The translations under genes and the position numbers were made by a program. From assembly GCA_964016885.1 (NCBI GenBank), contig OZ024764.1:6324001-6388000 (forward strand): a stretch of 64,000 bases of DNA, read 5' to 3'. The notes below the pieces were generated by a model. The model did not search any database, was not told the DNA's origin, and saw only the letters and a program-made list of their open reading frames with translations. The stretch's first letter is position 1, and each line of letters opens with the position of its first letter. This DNA comes from Eledone cirrhosa. Its lineage: Eukaryota. This document shows positions 27,923-41,204 of the stretch, piece by piece.

Positions 27923-28172
27923 ATTATATCTAATCTATTATATATATTTCAAATAAAATACAAAGTTTGTTTTACAAATTTTGACATAACCAAGAAAAGA
28001 TACCTTAACGGTTCAAGTTTTTCTTAAGGTATACTTTCTTGGTTATGTCAAAATATATAAAACAAACTTTGTATTTTATCTGATGAAAGTGTAGCAAAGT
28101 TTTGGTACCTTTGAAATATATATAATAGAATAAATATGGTTTTATACATATAGTTTCCTTGTATTTAATATT
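27923..28172 (+). mobile_element. Fold-back element related to P2, inserted in LINE E
   Basis: Inverted arms 27953-28008/28024-28079; tail like 46500-46540. Confidence 0.7.
28072..28132 (+). ncRNA. Minimal hammerhead ribozyme motif
   Basis: TATTTTAT CTGATGA [AAGTGTAGCAAAGTTTTGGTACCTTT] GAAA TATATA TA ATAGAATA. Confidence 0.65.
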
Positions 28173-28456
28173 GTCTGTCCTTAGGGCATCAATATATATC
28201 TGTCAAATATATGTGTCAATACAGTCTCCTCTGTGTCACCTTTGAGCTGACTTTTGGGAGGCTCCCATACAGCTCTGAGTTCTTCATCCTCAGTGTATAC
28301 TGACTAATGTTCAGAGCCATCCTCAGTATTCTCGTGTAGCACCCATCCACAATCTGAGGGAGTTTCTTGGTCAGTGTCCAAGTCTCAGACCCGTACAGCA
28401 GCACAGACTCCACTGTAGTGATGAAGAGACAGTAATAAAGATTGATGATATATATA

Positions 28457-31400
28457 TCATCATCATCATTATTTTACGTCCACTTTTCCCTGCTTGCAAG
28501 GGTGGGACGAGTCCTATTCAGCACAGCATCTCTCTACTTGTAACTATCCTTCGCCATCTCCTCCGTGAGCTTCAGCGATCTGAGGTCTGCTCTCACCACC
28601 TCCGTCCATGTTTTTTGTGGTCTACCTCTACCACGTCTTCCTTCAACTGGCATTTCCTGGCACTTCTTCACCCATCGGTCATCCTCCATGCACATCACAT
28701 GTCCATACCATCGCAGTCTCCTCTCTCAGACACAGTTTCTCTCTCTCAACACATCACATGTCCATACCATCGCAGTCTCCTCTCTCGCACACTACATTCT
28801 ATCCCTCTCAGACACAGTTTCTCTCTCTCAACACATCACATGTCCATACCATCGCAGTCTCCTCTCTCGCACACTACATTCTATCCCTCTCAGACACAGT
28901 TTCTCTCTCTCAACACATCACATGTCCATACCATCGCAGTCTCCTCTCTCGCACACTACATTCTATCCCTCTCAGACACAGTTTCTCTCTCTCAACACAT
29001 CACATGTCCATACCATCTCAGTCTCCTCTCCCACACACTACATTCTATCCCTCTCAGACACAGTTTCTCTCTCTCAACACATCACATGTCCATACCATCG
29101 CAGACTCCTCTCTCACACGCTACATTCTATCCCTCTCAGACACAGTTTCTCTCTCTCAACACATCACATGTCCATACCATCGCAGTCTCCTCTCTCGCAC
29201 ACTACATTCTATCCCTCTCAGACACAGTTTCTCTCTCTCAACACATCACATGTCCATACCATCGCAGTCTCCTCTCTCGCACACTACATTCTATCCCTCT
29301 CAGACACAGTTTCTCTCTCTCAACACATCACATGTCCATACCATCGCAGTCTCCTCTCTCGCACGCTACATTCTATCCCTCCTAGACACAGTTTCTCTCT
29401 CAACACATCACATGTCCATACCATCTCAGTCTCCTCTCCCGCACACTACATTCTATCCCTCTCAGACAGTTTCTCTCTCAACACATCACATGTCCATACC
29501 ATCTCAGTCTCCTCTCTCGCACGCTACATTCTATCCCTCTCAGACACAGTTTCTCTCTCTCAACACATCACATGTCCATACCATCTCAGTCTCCTCTCTC
29601 GCACACTACATTCTATCCCTCTCAGACAGTTTCTCTCTCAACACATCACATGTCCATACCATCTCAGTCTCTTCTCTCGCACACTACATTCTATCCCTCT
29701 CAGACAGTTTCTCTCTCAACACATCACATGTCCATACCATCTTAGTCTCCTCTCTCGCACACTACATTCTATCCCTCTCAGACACAGTTTCTCTCTCAAC
29801 ACATCACATGTCCATACCATCGCAGTCTCCTCTCTCGCACACTACATTCTATCCCTCTCAGACACAGTTTCTCTCTCAACACATCACATGTCCATACCAT
29901 CTCAGTCTCCTCTCTCGCACGCTACATTCTATCCCTCCTAGACACAGTTTCTCTCTCAACACATCACATGTCCATACCATCTCAGTCTCCTCTCTCGCAC
30001 ACTACATTCTATCCCTCTCAGACAGTTTCTCTCTCAACACATCACATGTCCATACCATCTCAGTCTCCTCTCCCACAAACTACATTCTATCCCTCTCAGA
30101 CAGTTTCTCTCTCAACACATCACATGTCCATACCATCTTAGTCTCCTCTCTCGCACACTACATTCTATCCCTCTCAGACACAGTTTCTCTCTCAACACAT
30201 CACATGTCCATACCATCGCAGACTTCTCTCTCGCACACTACATTCTATCCCTCTCAGACAGTTTCTCTCTCAACACATCACATGTCCATACCATCTTAGT
30301 CTCCTCTCTCGCACACTACATTCTATCCCTCTCAGACAGTTTCTCTCTCAACACATCACATGTCCATACCATCTTAGTCTCCTCTCCCGTACACTACATT
30401 CTATCCCTCTCAGACACAGTTTCTCTCTCTCAACACATCACATGTCCATACCATCGCAGACTTCTCTCTCACACGCTACATTCTATCCCTCTCAGACAGT
30501 TTCTCTCTCAACACATCACATGTCCATACCATCTCAGTCTCCTTTCTCAGACACAGTTTCTCTCTCTCAACACATCACATGTCCATACCATCGCAGTCTC
30601 CTCTCTCGCACACTACATTCTATCCCTCTCAGACACAGTTTCTCTCTCTCAACACATCACATGTCCATACCATCGCAGTCTCCTCTCTCGCACACTACAT
30701 TCTATCCCTCTCAGACACAGTTTCTCTCTCTCAACACATCACATGTCCATACCATCTTAGTCTCCTCTCCCACACACTACATTCTATCCCTCTCAGACAC
30801 AGTTTCTCTCTCTCAACACATCACATGTCCATACCATCGCAGACTCCTCTCTCACACGCTACATTCTATCCCTCTCAGACACAGTTTCTCTCTCTCAACA
30901 CATCACATGTCCATACCATCGCAGTCTCCTCTCTCGCACACTACATTCTATCCCTCTCAGACACAGTTTCTCTCTCTCAACACATCACATGTCCATACCA
31001 TCGCAGTCTCCTCTCTCGCACACTACATTCTATCCCTCTCAGACACAGTTTCTCTCTCTCAACACATCACATGTCCATACCATCGCAGTCTCCTCTCTCG
31101 CACACTACATTCTATCCCTCTCAGACACAGTTTCTCTCTCTCAACACATCACATGTCCATACCATCGCAGTCTCCTCTCTCGCACACTACATTCTATCCC
31201 TCTCAGACACAGTTTCTCTCTCTCAACACATCACATGTCCATACCATCTCAGTCTCCTCTCCCACACACTACATTCTATCCCTCTCAGACACAGTTTCTC
31301 TCTCTCAACACATCACATGTCCATACCATCTCAGTCTCCTCTCCCACAAACTACATTCTATCCCTCTCAGACAGTTTCTCTCTCAACACATCACATGTCC

Positions 31401-33690
31401 ATACCATCTTAGTCTCCTCTCTCGCACACTACATTCTATCCCTCTCAGACACAGTTTCTCTCTCAACACATCACATGTCCATACCATCTTAGTCTCCTCT
31501 CTCGCACACTACATTCTATCCCTCTCAGACAGTTTCTCTCTCAACACATCACATGTCCATACCATCTTAGTCTCCTCTCCCGTACACTACATTCTATCCC
31601 TCTCAGACACAGTTTCTCTCTCTCAACACATCACATGTCCATACCATCGCAGACTTCTCTCTCACACGCTACATTCTATCCCTCTCAGACAGTTTCTCTC
31701 TCAACACATCACATGTCCATACCATCTCAGTCTCCTTTCTCAGACACAGTTTCTCTCTCTCAACACATCACATGTCCATACCATCGCAGTCTCCTCTCTC
31801 GCACACTACATTCTATCCCTCTCAGACACAGTTTCTCTCTCTCAACACATCACATGTCCATACCATCGCAGTCTCCTCTCTCGCACACTACATTCTATCC
31901 CTCTCAGACACAGTTTCTCTCTCTCAACACATCACATGTCCATACCATCTCAGTCTCCTCTCCCACACACTACATTCTATTCCTCTCAGACACAGTTTCT
32001 CTCTCTCAACACATCACATGTCCATACCATCGCAGACTCCTCTCTCACACGCTACATTCTATCCCTCTCAGACACAGTTTCTCTCTCTCAACACATCACA
32101 TGTCCATACCATCGCAGTCTCCTCTCTCGCACACTACATTCTATCCCTCTCAGACACAGTTTCTCTCTCTCAACACATCACATGTCCATACCATCGCAGT
32201 CTCCTCTCTCGCACACTACATTCTATCCCTCTCAGACACAGTTTCTCTCTCTCAACACATCACATGTCCATACCATCGCAGTCTCCTCTCTCGCACGCTA
32301 CATTCTATCCCTCCTAGACACAGTTTCTCTCTCAACACATCACATGTCCATACCATCTCAGTCTCCTCTCCCGCACACTACATTCTATCCCTCTCAGACA
32401 GTTTCTCTCTCAACACATCACATGTCCATACCATCTCAGTCTCCTCTCTCGCACGCTACATTCTATCCCTCTCAGACACAGTTTCTCTCTCTCAACACAT
32501 CACATGTCCATACCATCTCAGTCTCCTCTCTCGCACACTACATTCTATCCCTCTCAGACAGTTTCTCTCTCAACACATCACATGTCCATACCATCTCAGT
32601 CTCCTCTCTCGCACACTACATTCTATCCCTCTCAGACAGTTTCTCTCTCAACACATCACATGTCTATACCATCTTAGTCTCCTCTCTCGCACACTACATT
32701 CTATCCCTCTCAGACACAGTTTCTCTCTCAACACATCACATGTCCATACCATCTCAGTCTCCTCTCTCGCACGCTATATTCTATCCCTCCTAGACACAGT
32801 TTCTCTCTCAACACATCACATGTCCATACCATCTCAGTCTCCTCTCTCGCACACTACATTCTATCCCTCTCAGACAGTTTCTCTCTCAACACATCACATG
32901 TCCATACCATCTCAGTCTCCTCTCCCACACACTACATTCTATCCCTCTCAGACAGTTTCTCTCTCAACACATCACATGTCCATACCATCTTAGTCTCCTC
33001 TCTCGCACACTACATTCTATCCCTCTCAGACACAGTTTCTCTCTCAACACATCACATGTCCATACCATCGCAGACTTCTCTCTCGCACACTACATTCTAT
33101 CCCTCTCAGACAGTTTCTCTCTCAACACATCACATGTCCATACCATCTTAGTCTCCTCTCTCGCACACTACATTCTATCCCTCTCAGACAGTTTCTCTCT
33201 CAACACATCACATGTCCATACCATCTTAGTCTCCTCTCCCGTACACTACATTCTATCCCTCTCAGACACAGTTTCTCTCTCTCAACACATCACATGTCCA
33301 TACCATCGCAGACTTCTCTCTCACACGCTACATTCTATCCCTCTCTGACAGTTTCTCTCTCAACACATCACATGTCCATACCATCTCAGTCTCCTCTCTC
33401 GCACACTACATTCTATCCCTCTCAGACAGTTTCTCTCTCAACACATCACATGTCCATACCATCGCAGACTTCTCTCTCACACGCTACATTCTATCCCTCT
33501 CAGACACAGTTTCTCTCTCTCAACACATCACATGTCCATACCATCGCAGACTTCTCTCTCGCACACTACATTCTATCTCTCTCAGACAGTTTCTCTCTCA
33601 ACACATCACATGTCCATACCACCTCAGTCTCCTCTCCCGTACACTACATTCTATCTCTCTCAGACACAGTTACTTTCTCAACACATTCAT
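28457..33690 (-). mobile_element. RTE family A 3' fragment whose ORF segment is expanded into a 5-kb array
   Basis: 28457-28715 homologous to 8221-8480; then tandem units. Confidence 0.9.
28692..33685. repeat. 78-82 bp minisatellite, roughly 60 copies, with higher-order structure
   Basis: Same unit as 8459-9181; diagnostic shortened unit recurs at ~30530 and ~31725; CTCCTAGAC variant at ~29380, 29936, 32312, 32788. Confidence 0.96.
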
Positions 33691-33889
33691 TGCACACAGA
33701 ACCTCATATATATATATATATATATGAGGCTCTGTGTGCAATGTCAATGTGTGTGTATATATATATATATATACACACATACACAGTCCTCTGACTGCTA
33801 TAGATCAGTCAATATATCAATTTGATCAACCCTCCGATCGTAAAACAATGAATTGAGATATGTAAAATAACTTGCATTTGTTATTGTTA

Positions 33890-34080
33890 AATAATTGTTT
33901 CTACTTTAGGCACAGGGCTAGCAAATTACCCAGTACATTACTGGTACTTTATTTTATCGACCCCGTAAGGATGAAAGGCAAAGTCAACCTCGGCGGGATT
34001 TGAACTCAGACCGTAAAGGGCCGTAACTCTATTCTGGAAAGCATGGCGTCCGACCCTCTACCAATACTGCCAATCCACCA
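33890..34080 (-). mobile_element. SINE family B copy with 13-bp TSD-like repeat
   Basis: ATTGTTAAATAAT at 33883-33895 and 34089-34101. Confidence 0.85.
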
Positions 34081-34106
34081 TCCTTATCATTGTTAAATAA
34101 TATATG

Positions 34107-34157
<51 letters not shown>

Positions 34158-34161
<4 letters not shown>

Positions 34162-34348
34162 AACGAGTAGGACCCCCACGGTTGAGCTCAAGCCGTTTTG
34201 ACGGCTAATTCTGGACTGAATTACCCGTTGAAACGGCTTGAGGTCTGCCGTCGGGGTCATACTTTTTCCTATTTCCTACTCTACTACCCTAAGTATTGAG
34301 TACTTTGGTGCGTTATGGTCCATCTGGTTCCTTATCACATTTCCTTCG

Positions 34349-34389
<41 letters not shown>

Positions 34390-34448
34390 GTCCAGAATTA
34401 GCCGTCGAAACGGCTTGAGCTCAGCCGTCAGGGTCCTACTTGTTCCTA
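34158..34448. mobile_element. Family P1 copies (fold-back 34158-34350 plus fragment 34390-34448)
   Basis: Matches 10913-11120. Confidence 0.75.
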
Positions 34449-34457
34449 TATATATAC

Positions 34458-34539
<82 letters not shown>

Positions 34540-34571
34540 GTATGTGTGTGTATATATATATAGATATATAT

Positions 34572-34608
<37 letters not shown>

Positions 34609-34936
34609 TAGTAATGCTTTCTCCTACCACCACCACCACCCCCACCGCCATAGTTACTACATAGTAAGGCCCCCCCACCCCCCTCCCACTACAAACACAC
34701 TCCCCACCACCACCATCACTGCCATTGTTTCACTGTAAACTTTTACCAAACTTCCTTCCAGAAACTTCCTTCCATGCAACCTTTGTTCTTTTTTTTTCTC
34801 AGCTTCTCCTTCCTACATCAACTACACCACCCCACCATTCCACCCCACCACCTCCACCACCCTTAACCAATTCCTTAATTTTTTCTCACCCCCTCCCTCC
34901 CTGCCTGCTTACTATCTCCCCCCCTCTCTCTCTCTC

Positions 34937-35003
<67 letters not shown>

Positions 35004-35198
35004 TTCCCTGCTGTTTTCTTCTGATGATTCTGTCCTTATTGTCTAATACAATCTACACACACAATCAAACCTATGTATATCTATATATATATATATACAC
35101 ACACAGTATATATATGTGTGTGTATATACATATGTAAACACATATATGTATATATATATGTATATACATATATATATATATGTATATATATATATATG

Positions 35199-35269
<71 letters not shown>

Positions 35270-35298
35270 GCATATATATATATATATATATACATATG

Positions 35299-35352
<54 letters not shown>

Positions 35353-35629
35353 TATGTATATGTATATAAACATAAACATACATATATATATATGTATACA
35401 TATATATATGTATGTATATACATATATACACACACTGATTCTCATAATTATGATTCCTAATTCTTGTTCTTTCCATGGCCTCTCCTACCCCCCCCCCTTA
35501 TATCACCTGTCCCCCCCCCCCCTGTCTCCTCTGTGTCTACACTGCCTCCCACCTCAACAGTTTGCTATCCTCCACCTTCACCCACCCTTATAGTTCCACA
35601 GCCAGCCCTCTCTCTCTATGCATATGAGT

Positions 35630-37830
35630 TGGTGGTGGCGGAGGTAATGGCAGTGGTGGTGGTAGTGTAGTGGTGGTGGTAGTGTAGTGGTGGTGGTAGT
35701 GTAGTGGTGGTGTTGGTGGTGATGTTATGGTGGTGGTGGTAGTGTAGTGGTGGTGGTGGTAGTGTAGTGGTGGTGGTGGTAGTGTAGTGGTGGTGGTGTT
35801 GGTGATGTTATGGTGGTGGTGGTGGTGTAGTGGTGGTGGTGGTGGTAGTGTAGTGGTGGTGGTAGTGTAGTAGTGGTGTTGGTGGTGATGTTATGGTGGT
35901 GGTGGTAGTGTAGTGGTGGTGGTGGTAGTGTAGTGGTGGTGGTGTTGGTGATGTTATGGTGGTGGTGGTGGTGTAGTGGTGGTGGTGGTGGTAGTGTAGT
36001 GGTGGTGGTGTTGGTGATGTTATAGTGGTGGTGGTAGTGTAGTGGTGGTGTAGTGGTGGTGTCGTGGTGGTAGTGTAGTAGTGGTGTTGGTGGTGGTTGC
36101 GGAGGTAATGGCAGTGGTGGTGGTAGTGTAGTGGTGGTGGTGGTGGTAGTGTAGTAGTGGTGGTAGTGTAGTGGTGGTAGTGTAGTAGTGGTGGTAGTGT
36201 AGTGGTGGTGGTGTTGGTGATGTTATGGTGGTGGTGGTAGTGTAGTAGTGGTGTAGTGGTGGTGGTGGTGGTAGTGTAGTAGTGGTGTTGGTGGTGTTGG
36301 TGGTGGTTGCGGAGGTAATGGCAGTGGTGGTGGTGGTGGTGGATGTAATGGCAGTGGTGGTGGTGGTAGTGTAGTGGTAGTGGTGGTGGTAGTGTAGTAG
36401 TGGTGTTGGTGGTGGTGGTGGTGGTGCAGTGGTGGTGGTGGTGGTGCTCCCTGTTTCCCCTCAGACTAAATTTCTTTTTCTTTCTGGCTGCTGGATAGCA
36501 TCCTTGCTTATATATCTCTGGCTGGGTGTATATATATATATATACATATATATATACATATATATATATACACACACGCCCGCGCGCACACACACACACA
36601 CACACAAGTATGAGTGTATATATAAATATATATACATACACATATTTCTGTGTGTGTATATATTGTTTCCTACTTATATAAAGACACACACACACACATA
36701 TATATATAGAGAGAGAGAATGTAGTTTTACCTCCTCCCCCTGTATCTCACCTCTCCCCACCCTCACCCAGCTCCCCACCCTACTTGACAAGTTACTGTCT
36801 TTTCCTGTTGTCTTTCATCTTGAGACCACATAAACCACCTCCTCTCATCCACCACCATCCACAACACCATCATCATCACAATCTCCATCACCACCTCTAC
36901 CATTCACAATACCCCTTCCACCACCACCATCACTACCTCCATCACCATCATCACAACCACGCCCCATCATCCACATATCACCTTCAGCACCATCACCTCC
37001 TCCATCACCAGCAATACACCACCATCACCTCCTCCATCACCACCAATACACCACCATCACCTCCTCCATCACCAGCAATACACCACCATCACCAGCAATA
37101 CACCACCATCACCACCACCATCACCTCCATCACCACCAATACACCTCCATCACCTCCCCCATCCCCCCCACCGCCACCATCACCTCCTCCACCACCAATA
37201 CACCACCATCACCTCCTCCATCACCACCAATACACCACCATCACCTCCTCCATCACCACCAATACACCACCATCACCACCACCATCACCTCCATCACCAC
37301 CACCATCACCACCAATACACCTCCATCACCTCCCCCATCCCCTCCACCGCCACCATCGCCTCCTCCACCACCAATACACCACCATCACCTCCTCTATCAC
37401 CACCAATACACCACCATCACCTCCTCCACCACCAATACACCACCATCACCTCCTCTATCACCACCAATACACCACCATCACCTCCTCCATCACCTCCATC
37501 CCCTCCATCACCTCCCCCATCCCCTCCACCGCCACCAATACACCTCCATCACCTCCCCCATCCCCTCCACCGCCACCATCGCCTCCTCCATCACCACCAC
37601 CATCACCTCCATCCCCTCCACCACTTCCATAATTCTTGGTGCCAAATGTTTGAGCCACCCCACCACTCACACTTTCTCAGTTTTCTTACATATCAATACC
37701 ACCACCTCTACCACTACCACCACTACTACTACTACTACCACTAACACCATCACCACTAGCACTACTACCATCAATACCACCACCTTCATTATGACTACTA
37801 CCACCACTACCAACATCACTACCATCACTA
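35630..37830. repeat. (GGT/GTA)n array 35630-36445 and complementary-type (CAC/CAT)n array 36840-37830
   Basis: Direct inspection. Confidence 0.85.
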
Positions 37831-38090
37831 AACAACAAATCACCCCCACTCCTTGTCTCCCCTCCTTCCTATAAATCATATAACCTCACATTCCATGTTT
37901 CCCAGTTATCACCTCTCCCCCTTCAGCCCCCCTTTATATGTATACTTCCCCATCATCATCACCCACCACACCAGTGTCAAGCTCCCTACCACATTAGTTT
38001 GTCTAACCACTGTATATATACATCACCGTTTTATGGCCGTTCTTCTATGCTAGCATGGGTTAGATGGGTTGTCCTGTTGTGGGCAATACC

Positions 38091-38560
<470 letters not shown>

Positions 38561-38709
38561 TAATATAATAATATATATATATATATATTTCGTTTCTGAA
38601 TTTGTTTAGCCAGATTCTTTATCTGAAAACGTGTGTTGAAACCGATATTGTTATACTTTGGGAGGGTCATGTTGCGAAGAGAGGCACAAAACAAAGAAAA
38701 GAATCCCCA

Positions 38710-38752
38710 GTCACTGAAGAGGTCACAGAATGTGTGATGAAAGAACTTTGAC
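38710..38752 (+). ncRNA. Very small hammerhead motif inside inverted repeats 38645-38675/38862-38892
   Basis: GTCA CTGAAGA G[GTCACA-GAATG-TGTGAT] GAAA GAAC TT TGAC. Confidence 0.5.
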
Positions 38753-38884
38753 AATATATGAACAACCGTCCGGTTATGGAACCAACCAACCAACCGGAAA
38801 TTTATAAATTTAATTTATAATAAATTGGAGTGAAAGCAACTGGTGCGTGTGTTTCTTATTGGCAACATGACCCTCCCAAAGCAT

Positions 38885-38938
<54 letters not shown>

Positions 38939-38999
38939 TATTTTCCGTAGTGTTGTAATATAAATATTACACACAGTAGATGGACAGCTCACGTAGAGT

Positions 39000-39400
39000 T
39001 TGCTCGACGGTTCCAGTTGTAGTTCCAAAAGTAATCCGGAGAAAAGTAGAAGGATTTAAATGGATACAGTTTAGTTAAAAGGAATTCATTGACACGTGTT
39101 TCAATAACAGTTACATAACCTGAAAACAGCTGCTATCTACAAAGTATTAGTTATGCAGACATTCAATATTTCAATGTTATTATCAACCGTCATTTCATCA
39201 TTTCTGATGAAATGACAGTTGATAATAACATTGAAATATTGACATCATTTCTGATGAAATGACAGTTGATAATAACATTGAAATATTGAATGTCTGCATA
39301 ACTAATACTTTGTAGATAGCAGCTGTTTTCAGGTTATGTAACTGTTATTGAAACACGTGTCAATGAATTCCTTTTAACTAAACTGTATCCATTTAAATCC

Positions 39401-39404
<4 letters not shown>
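39000..39404. mobile_element. Fold-back Penelope-like remnant, ~150-bp near-perfect arms
   Basis: 39048-39200 is the reverse complement of 39252-39404; 47-bp direct duplication at the centre. Confidence 0.75.
39245..39366 (+). ncRNA. Hammerhead motif with ~90-nt domain II
   Basis: TCATTT CTGATGA AATGACAGTT...AACTGTTATT GAAA CACGTG TC AATGA: 10-bp basal helix II, palindromic helix III, GUC site. Confidence 0.65.
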
Positions 39405-39434
<30 letters not shown>

Positions 39435-39889
39435 TACGGGGACGAGTGGTTACTCCTTCATTACATTTGATTGGCGACGTGCGTTTCGCTATTGATCAGC
39501 TGAAGGTTCAATCTGTATCAATGTGGCCTGATCTGGAATCAAAAGCTGATCAAACCATGAGCTGATCAATAGTGAAACACACATCAGCAACCAATAAACG
39601 CAATGAAGGCTAAACAAATCATCCTTGTATTATTATTATATTACACTCTGTCTAGCTCTACACCTTGATACTGACCTGAACCTAAACATCGAGTGTTCAC
39701 CTGGGTGAAGCTACAGTAACTTCACGTTACACTCCCTAGGTGGGTTTATATATATATATATAGAGAGAGGCAGAAGGTTCAGTAAACCCCTAGAAAACTG
39801 GTGAATTCTAGGCCTGTGAATGGACATTCTCTATACTTGTTTGTGGCTGGTTTGTCCACAGATCCGATGTGGATTTTGTTGTGATAGCA

Positions 39890-39961
39890 CTGGTCTGAGG
39901 ATCTGGTCTGGAGCATTAACTTGGATCATGAGCCAACTGATTGTGAAACAATTGTAACCAG
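39890..39961 (+). ncRNA. Hammerhead motif
   Basis: CTGGT CTGAGGA [43 nt] GAAA CAATTG TA ACCAG, followed by AATAAA. Confidence 0.6.
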
Positions 39962-40005
39962 GACTTGATCAATAAATTTCTTAATGTAACACCTCCACTC
40001 TATAT

Positions 40006-40230
40006 CAACAGTTGATCGACTTTCATCAAATCAGACCGAGGAAACAATGTTTCCGTTGGTCTTTCCAGTTGCTAATACTACCTATCGGTTGCAACTCCAG
40101 GTAGAAGGAACAACGTGAAATAAAGTGTCTTGCTCAAGGACATAACACATCACCCGGTCCAGGAATCGAACTCACAACCTCACAATCGTGAATCTAATTC
40201 TTTTACCACTCAGCCACACGCCTCCACCCA
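40006..40230 (-). mobile_element. SINE family C
   Basis: Reverse-complement homolog of 27429-27625. Confidence 0.75.
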
Positions 40231-40260
40231 CTATATATATGTGTATGTGTGTGTATTATA

Positions 40261-40460
40261 AAGAGTCAGGACCTGACAGCTTCACTGTTGTCGTTTCAAC
40301 AGCTAGTCCCAGACTCAGAGTATGGGACTAGCTGTTAAACAGCAAGAGCTCAGCTGTCAGGTCCTGACTCTTTACATAACCATACTCTACTACCCCAAGT
40401 ATCGAGTACTCTGTTGTGTAATGGTCTAACCAGTTTCAAACTGGTTCCATCCTGATTTGT
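40261..40460 (+). mobile_element. Diverged P1-type fold-back element
   Basis: AAGAGTCAGGACCTGACAGC...GCTGTCAGGTCCTGACTCTT arms; tail ACTCTACTACCCCAAGTATCGAGTACT. Confidence 0.65.
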
Positions 40461-40472
40461 AAATATAGTGCG

Positions 40473-41183
40473 CAGTCCACACTGTAAAGTGGTCGTTTTG
40501 GGGCCCTAACAATAAGCACCCAGTCCACACTGTAAAGTGGTTGTTTTGGTGTCACAACAAAAAGCACCCAGTCCACACTGTAAAGTGGTCGTTTTGGTGT
40601 CACAACAAAAAGCACCCAGTCCACACTGTAAAGTGGTCGTTTTGGTGTCACAACAAAAAGCACCCAGTCCACACTGTAAAGTGGTCGTTTTGGGGCCCTA
40701 ACAATAAGCACCCAGTCCACACTGTAAAGTGGTTGTTTTGGTGTCACAACAAAAAGCACCCAGTCCACACTGTAAAGTGGTCGTTTTGGTGTCACAACAA
40801 AAAGCACCCAGTCCACACTGTAAAGTGGTCGTTTTGGTGTCACAACAAAAAGCACCCAGTCCACACTGTAAAGTGGTCGTTTGGGGGCCCTAACAATAAG
40901 CACACAGTCCACACTGAAAAGTGGTTGTTTTGGTGTCACAACAAAAAGCTCCCAGACCACATTGTAAAGGGGTCGTTTTAGTGTTACGATAAAAGTCACC
41001 CAGTCCACACTGTAAATGTGGTTAGCGTCAGGAAAAGCATCCAACCGTAGAAACCAAGCCAGAAACTGTTCTGAGTGAGCAAGATATGGTCACCTCATCT
41101 GAATTGTCCCACAAATGGGACAGCTCGTCTAACTCATGCTAGCGTGGAAAAATGGACGTTAAACAATGATGATGATGATGATA
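40473..41183 (+). repeat. 48-bp minisatellite (~11-12 units) from RTE/SINE 3' UTR, running into a LINE tail (41000-41183)
   Basis: Unit CAGTCCACACTGTAAAGTGGTCGTTTTGGTGTCACAACAAAAAGCACC; GGGGCCCTAACAATAAG variant every 192 bp. Confidence 0.9.
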
Positions 41184-41204
41184 TGACTTAGGCCATTTTA
41201 TCTG

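Larger units (their letters stand above)
27640..28430 (-). mobile_element. RTE/RTEX-like LINE (family E) 3' end, interrupted
   Basis: ESVLLYGSETWTLTK...DGCYTRILRMALN...RRLRLAGHAHRH...LLLWEPLHG; matches 53740-53990. Confidence 0.8.

Noticed and set aside
28565-33825. ORFs up to 783 aa on plus strand (also 8133-9559)
   Set aside because: Antisense reading of an 80-bp LINE-derived tandem repeat; same peptide cycles through all frames
39862-39884. Next CUX1 exon (tccacag|ATCCG gives DP)
   Set aside because: Reads DPMWILL then stop; no CASP similarity; lies in a repeat remnant
40473-41015. CRISPR-like constant/variable pattern (also 16415-16969)
   Set aside because: Spacers are near-identical repeats or (TA)n, context is eukaryotic, no cas genes
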